DNA from: the human T2T-CHM13v2.0 reference genome, Homo sapiens
NCBI RefSeq assembly: GCF_009914755.1
Contig: NC_060926.1
DNA length: 64,000 nt
Direction: 5' to 3' (one strand)
Every line of letters begins with the position of its first letter. Position 1 is the stretch's first letter. Shown piece by piece: positions 55,315 to 64,000 of the stretch. The position numbers and the translations under genes are program-made. The notes under the pieces are model-generated. The model was not told the origin of the DNA. It made no database searches and saw nothing but the letters and a program-made list of their open reading frames with translations.

Positions 55315-55757
55315 TGACATGGTTTAGATCTGTGTCCTCACCAAATCAAATTTGACATTAGATATGTCAAACTGTAATCCCCAGAGTTGGAGGTCGGACC
55401 TGGTGGGAGGTGATTGGATCGTGGGAGTGGTTTCTCATGAATGGCTTAGCACTGTCCCCTTGGTGCTGTTCTTGTGATAGCAAGTAAGTTCTCATGAGAT
55501 CTGGTGGTTTAAAAGTGTGTGGCACCTCCCCCCAAACCCCTCTATTCCTCCTGCTCTGACCATGTGAAGTGCTGGCTCCCCCTTTGCCTTCTGCCATGAC
55601 TATAAGTTTCCTGAGGCCTCCCCAGAAACTGAGCAGATGCTAGCATCATGCTTCCTGTACAGCCTGAGTAAGAGTGAGCCAATTAAACATCTTTTCTTTA
55701 TAAATTACCCAGTCTCAGGTATTTCTTTATAAGAATGTGAGGACAAACCAATATAAT
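55315..55757 (+). mobile_element. MSTA (MaLR) solo LTR
   Basis: tgacatggtttagatctgtgtcc...ggtgggaggtgattggatc...ataaattacccagtctcaggtatttctttata. Confidence 0.9.
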
Positions 55758-55759
55758 GT

Positions 55760-56205
55760 TTAAGGCTTTATTACACACAAATGTGTATGTATAAAGACGT
55801 AATTTATAACAACACAAAGGAGCAAGAGAGAGGAATGGAGCAATACAGGAGCAAAGTTTTTATATACTATTGTTGTTAAATTGATATTAAAACAAACTAA
55901 GTTGTTATAAATTAAGATTTATAATCATCAGGTGAACCACAAAAGAAAAATCCTCCAAAGAAATTACAAGGGTATTAAAATACCTACTTAACACAAGAGA
56001 AGGCAATAAGTGAGGAATAGAGGAATAGCTACAAGGAATGTAGAATATGACAGCAAAATGACTGATGTAAATCCTGACTTATTTAGTAATTACATTAATA
56101 ATAAATGGATTAAACCCTCCAATTAAAAGGAAGAGATTGGTGGAATGAATTTAAAAAGAATCACTTTCAAATCTTTTAAGATATGTGACACTATGTAAGA
56201 GACAA
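55760..56205 (+). mobile_element. Old L1 inter-ORF/endonuclease fragment
   Basis: agtaattacattaatataaatggattaaaccctccaattaaaagg (ITLNINGLNPPIKR). Confidence 0.7.
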
Positions 56206-57103
56206 AGTGGAAACTTTAAAAGAGAATTTAAAAAATATATTGTTTTTCTTACGTAAAGTGAGTGTCCCTCAATTCCTGTTGTGTTTTCATCAGGACTGGG
56301 AGCTGAATTGAGCTGAATTTTGTCAAAGGCATTTTCAACATCTATATAAATAATTGTATGATTTTTATCAACCTTAGATCTATTAATATGGTATATGATA
56401 TTAATGGATTTGGTAACACTAAAACAACCTTGTATTTTCAGGGTGGATCCAAGTGTTGGATTTTTTTCACTAATATTTTACTTAATATTTTTTACATGAA
56501 TGATATTGGCTTGTCATTTTTCTGTGGAAAAGTTTTTCTTTATTTTCAATGCTTTGGAATAATTTATAGAGCATTCAGAATATCTGATCTTTGAAGGTTT
56601 TGGTAGAATTCTACCTGGTCATCTGGGCCTTTTGCTCTTTTACAGGGTAATTTCTTAATAATCTTGTCTATTTCTTTTATGAAAATTGGTGTGCTTCAGA
56701 TTTCTAAATTCAGTGGTGGACACTTTTGGCAATCTGTATTTATCTAGTATATTATCTATTGTTTTCTAAGTTTTCAAATTCATTTGCATAGCAATTTGCG
56801 AAGTAGTCTCTTATGATTAAAAAGAAAAAACCCTCCCTTGTTTAAATGGTTAATTTCTCCCTTCCTCCCTCTGCCATTTCTTAATTTTGTATGTTTTGTT
56901 TTCTCTCCTTTTTTTGATCAAGTTGGTCCATTTTGTTGTTTCAAAAACATTTGGATTTGATATCTTACTACAGTTTTTTGTTTGTTTGTTTTGTTTTGTT
57001 CTTTGTCTTCTACCTGAGGTGTCAGTAATCTATGGCTTATGGACTGGTTGCCTGTTTTTGTAAATAAAGTTTTTTGTTTGTTTTGTTTTTTGCTTTGTAA
57101 ATT

Positions 57104-57418
57104 TCTTTTTTTTAATTTTAATTTTAATTTTTTTATTTTGAAACGGAGTCTAGCCCAGTCGTCCAGGCTGGAGTGCAATGACGCAGTCTAGCCTCAGTGC
57201 AACCTCCGCCTCTCGGGTCCAAGCAATTCTCCTGCCTCAGCCTCCCAAGTAGCTGGGACTACAGGTGCATGCCACCACACCTGGCTAATTTTTGTATTTT
57301 TAGTAGAGACGGGGTTTCACCATGTTGGCCAGGCTGGTCTCAAACCCCTGACCTCGTGATTCGCCTGCCTCGGCCTCCCAAAGTGCTGGGATTACAGGCA
57401 TGAGCCACCGTGCCTGGC
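57104..57418 (-). mobile_element. AluS (Sg/Sc-like)
   Basis: Antisense Alu inserted in the L1MA tail. Confidence 0.9.
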
Positions 57419-57474
57419 TAATTTTTAATTTGTTGGATACGTAGTAGGTGTATATATTTATGGGGTACATGAAA

Positions 57475-57747
57475 TTTTTGAGACAGGGTCTTGCTCTGTC
57501 ACCCAGGCTGGAGTGCAGGGGCGCGATCAGCTCACTAAAACTTCTGCCTCCCGGGTTTCAGCGATTCTCATGCCTCACTCTTCCTGAGGCGTGTTCCACC
57601 ACGCCTGGCTAATTTTTTTGTATTTTTAGTAGAGACAGGGTTTCGCCATATTTGCCGAGCTGGTCTCGAACTCCTGGCCTCAAGTGATCTGCCTGCCTCA
57701 GCCTCCCTAAATGTTGGGATTACAGGCATTAGCCACCGTGCCTGGCT
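57475..57747 (-). mobile_element. AluS/J with internal deletion
   Basis: TSD gtacatga. Confidence 0.88.
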
Positions 57748-58826
57748 GTACATGAGATATTTTGATATAGGTAAACAATGTGTAATAAGCACATCAGGGT
57801 AAATGAGGTGTCCATCACCTAAAGCATTTATCATTTCCTTGTGTTACAAACATTCCAATTATACTCATTTATTTATTTTTATTAAAATATACAATAAATT
57901 ACTGTTGACTGTAATTACCCTGTTGTGCTATCAAATACTAGATCTCACTCATTCTATCTGATTGTATTTTTGTACCCATTAACCATCCCCACCGCCATCA
58001 ATTACCTTTCACAGCCTCTGGTAACCATTATTATATTCACTATCTCTATGAGTTCAATTGTTTTAATTTTTAGCTTCCCACAAATGAGTGAGAACATGTG
58101 AAGTTTGTCATTCTGTGCCTGGCTTATTTCACTTAACATAATGTTCTCCAGTTCCATGTAAATAAAGTTTTATTGGACCACAGCCACATCGGTTCATTTA
58201 TGTATTGTCTATGACTGTTTTCGTGCTACAACAGAGTTAAATAGTTGCAGCAGAGAACATATGGTCCATAAGCCTAAAATATTTACACTGAAGCCATTTA
58301 GGAAAAAAGTTTGCCAATCCCTGCTCTGCCTCATTAATTTCTGGTTTTATCTTTATTATTTCTTTCCTTGTGCTTTATTTTGGTGTAGTGTCTTGTTATT
58401 TTTTAAAGCTTTTGAGTTACAATTGTTCCCTTTTCTCATTTTTTTTTCTGGTAAAAGTGCTTAGTGGTATCAGTTTTCCTCTGATTATTACTTAAATACA
58501 TCCCATATATTCTGATATGTAGTGTTTTATTATAATTACTTCTTAGAAATTTCATGTTGTATTTCTTCTTTCATCCAAAAATTGTTTAATAAAAGGTTTT
58601 AAAATTTCCACAAGAAAGGGCATGTTGGTTCTTGTTAAACATTGCTGGTTGTATTACATTGTGATTGGAGAGTGTTTGTAATATTTAGTGAAATTTAATG
58701 ATATATTTTAGCAAGTAACATACCTTTTTTGTAAATAGTCCATGAATTCTTAGGAAGAAAACTTATTTTCTTTTATCAAGGAATAGAATTTGATGAATAT
58801 TCATAATATCTACATTATTATGTTTA

Positions 58827-59183
<357 letters not shown>

Positions 59184-59686
59184 GGAATAGTAAGTTAAAA
59201 TCTCCTATTATTCATATCTCTCTATATCTCCTTGCATCTTTTATAGATTTTCCTTTATAAAGGTGACTTCTATATTATTTGTTGTACAAATATTCTTAAG
59301 TGTTTTATCTATGTGAAATTTGCATTAATTTTTTTTTTATTTGTTGGATTTTATGCTTTTGGGCTTGAATTCTGTAATTAGTATGGTTACTATTGGTTTC
59401 TTATTATTTTCATTTGCCTGAATATCTTTCCCCATTCCTTTATTTTTACCCTTTCTGAATCATTTTATTTAGATGTATGTCTTTCTTACAGTACATAGCT
59501 GGATCTTGCTTTATGAGCAAATTGAATCTTTTTCTTTTAATAGGTGAGGTGAGTCCATTTACATCAATTGATATGACTGATATGCTAGGTTTCAACTCTT
59601 TTACTAATATTTTATAATTTTGTGAATTTTGATATATTTGCTGTGTTTCTCTCTGAGGTATGTGTTTCCTTTCTTCTCACTTATTT

Positions 59687-59922
59687 ATCACTTGAGCCCA
59701 GGAGTTGTGGGCTGCAAAATGCCCATTGGGTACCACACTGAGTTTGGCATCAATATGGTGACCTCCTGGGAGCTGAGGACCACCAGGTTGCATAAGGTGG
59801 GGTGAACCGGGCCAGACTGGAAAGGGGGTCAATCAGTAGTGGGATTGTGCCTGGTGAATAACCATTGCACTCCAGCCTGGGCAACACAGTGAGACTCCAT
59901 CTCTTAAAAAATAAAAAGTAAA
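59687..59922 (+). pseudogene. 7SL (SRP RNA) processed pseudogene, 5'-truncated
   Basis: S-domain sequence absent from Alus: ggcatcaatatggtgacctcctgggagc...gaccaccaggttgcataagg...ggggtgaaccgg...atcagtagtgggat; A-rich tail. Confidence 0.92.
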
Positions 59923-60954
59923 TGGTAGTTAGTAAGGCTTGTGGTTTTGTTCTAGTGGTTACCTTTGTACTTGTGTCTTTTCTAATGCCTTTAGTCTCTT
60001 CTTTTCCTAGTTAACCTTTTATTATGTGGCATATGAGATTTTATTGTCTCTTTTAACTCCCAACTATTGGCTATACAACCATCAGTGAGCTTATTCTATC
60101 TTACTCTTTCACTCTCTGTTCCACTCCCATTTTCTAAAGTTGTATTACTTCTACTTAACATACAGTATTTGTATATGGGTCTTCCACCCCTTTTATCTTC
60201 TGCCTACATTTATATTTATTAAAATATAGTCAGTCCTTGTACTGACACTTTGTTACTCATCTCATGGTTAGATGAAACTCTTCCTCTAGTATTCCTCAAG
60301 AAGGGTTCATGGGTACAGAATTTCCTATATTGAAAACTGTTTCTTTTAGCGTTCATACTTGAAGGAGATCATGGATGACTATACTATCCTTGGTTCACAC
60401 TTTCAGTCACTGAGTTTTTGAAAACTGTAGTTCTGCTTTTGCCTTGCCTTATATTTTATTTTTTTGAAAAGTTTGATACTTGTTTGAAAAGTTCGATACT
60501 TTTTTCCTGAAAGTGCACTTTGGGTGTCTGAGAAAAATTAGAACAATCAGCTCCAAGAAATATCCTAGCTATACTCTTATATTTCAATGATTAATTTAAA
60601 AAATGTTTAGGGCCTTCTGGTAAAAAGATCAAATAACTTACATAAGCAAAAGTACATGAATATATTTTGCAACATTTTCTTGGATTTTTAGTTTCAAGTA
60701 TCTGTTACATTGTTTTATTTTTTCTTTTTCAAGGAATCCAATTATACAAACGCTGTTGCTTCTCTGTCTTATCTCCCATTCCATTACTTTTTCTTTGACT
60801 TTTTTACTTCTCATTTTCTTTTGTTTTCCGCCATTTTCAATGTTTTTAATTAAGTTTTATTATGAGTTTATTCTCATTTGGGTACCCTGTAACTTATTTT
60901 TCATTTTTGGATAATATTATGCTTTTTATTTTCATTTATTTGTTTCAGTGGACT

Positions 60955-61623
<669 letters not shown>

Positions 61624-61904
61624 TCATTTTGTCTTTATAATTCAGAGTGGGTTTCAATATACCCAGTTGCTTATTCCAATGTATCTAATTCTGCCTGGTG
61701 TGGTGTTATACAGTTTTCTTTGACATCATGATTGTTTTGGGGGAGGATAATTTTCCTTAACTGATGTGTGTAGTTTTCATTTTCTGTTACTTTGTATGAA
61801 ACTGTTCATCTTTTTCCTGCTTATTTTTGTGGTATTGGCTATGTTTTGTGAGATCCTAGTTCAGTGGGGTCCTCAGTAGAGCAAAGTCTAGGCACTTGTT
61901 AGCA

Positions 61905-63600
<1,696 letters not shown>

Positions 63601-64000
63601 CTAGGTAGCTGAAGATAACAGCAGTAGCCTATGTTCTAGCTCCCAATACTTATTTTATAAACAATACAGAACATTATACAAGGAAAAATGAAACTACATG
63701 ACAATCATGTTCTTAGCATGACTTGAAGACAGAGAATGTCCAAACTTCAAAATAATTGTAAATAAAATGGAAAAAACACCAAATGCCAATGCATGATCTC
63801 TCTAGCTCCTGATATTCTGGTACATCGGAGCATGGACTACAGGGAAGACGCTATAAAGTACCATGCAATCTGAAGAGGCAGTTTTCAAAAAGGATAGCTT
63901 CTCAGGGAAAAGGCAGAAAGAGAGGGGCACTTTTGGCATTTGGGTGTGAAGGAAGAAAGAAGCATAAGGAGGAAAATACTGGACAAGAGAAAACCAAAAA

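Larger units (their letters stand above)
57074..58156 (-). mobile_element. L1MA (L1MA3-like) 3' end
   Basis: gtaggtgtatatatttatggggtacatgag 3'UTR; 15-bp TSD. Confidence 0.82.
57016..58323. mobile_element. MER58A split by an L1MA insertion
   Basis: Halves at 57016-57073 and 58157-58323 share tgtaaataaagtttt. Confidence 0.8.

Overview
Human/primate, AT-rich, transposon-dense genomic DNA. No prokaryotic-type features. It holds the 3' end of WDPCP (Fritz; CPLANE ciliogenesis protein) on the minus strand. I found three small coding exons by eye (44562-44641, 43981-44012, 13079-13129); they splice in frame to give ...QIIDRRNELEKDICSGFLMTNTCNAEDGELREDGREQEIRDGGSLKMIHFGLV*. Just downstream on the same strand is a disabled acyl-CoA-binding/endozepine-like peptide gene (DBIL5P2, 10073-10337). 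From memory, this pairing places the window at human 2p15 near OTX1. The rest is about 40 Alus, several nested L1s, LTRs, DNA transposons, MIR/L2, a 30-nt U2 retrocopy and a 7SL retrocopy. Nearly all ORF-track entries are repeat-derived or chance ORFs. I do not see a convincing novel multi-gene system. The best leads are an L1PB-mediated 3' transduction, a 78-codon alternative frame in the WDPCP last exon, and the close WDPCP-polyA/DBIL5P2 arrangement with a residual frameshifted microORF. Repeat subfamily names and boundaries are by-eye estimates.
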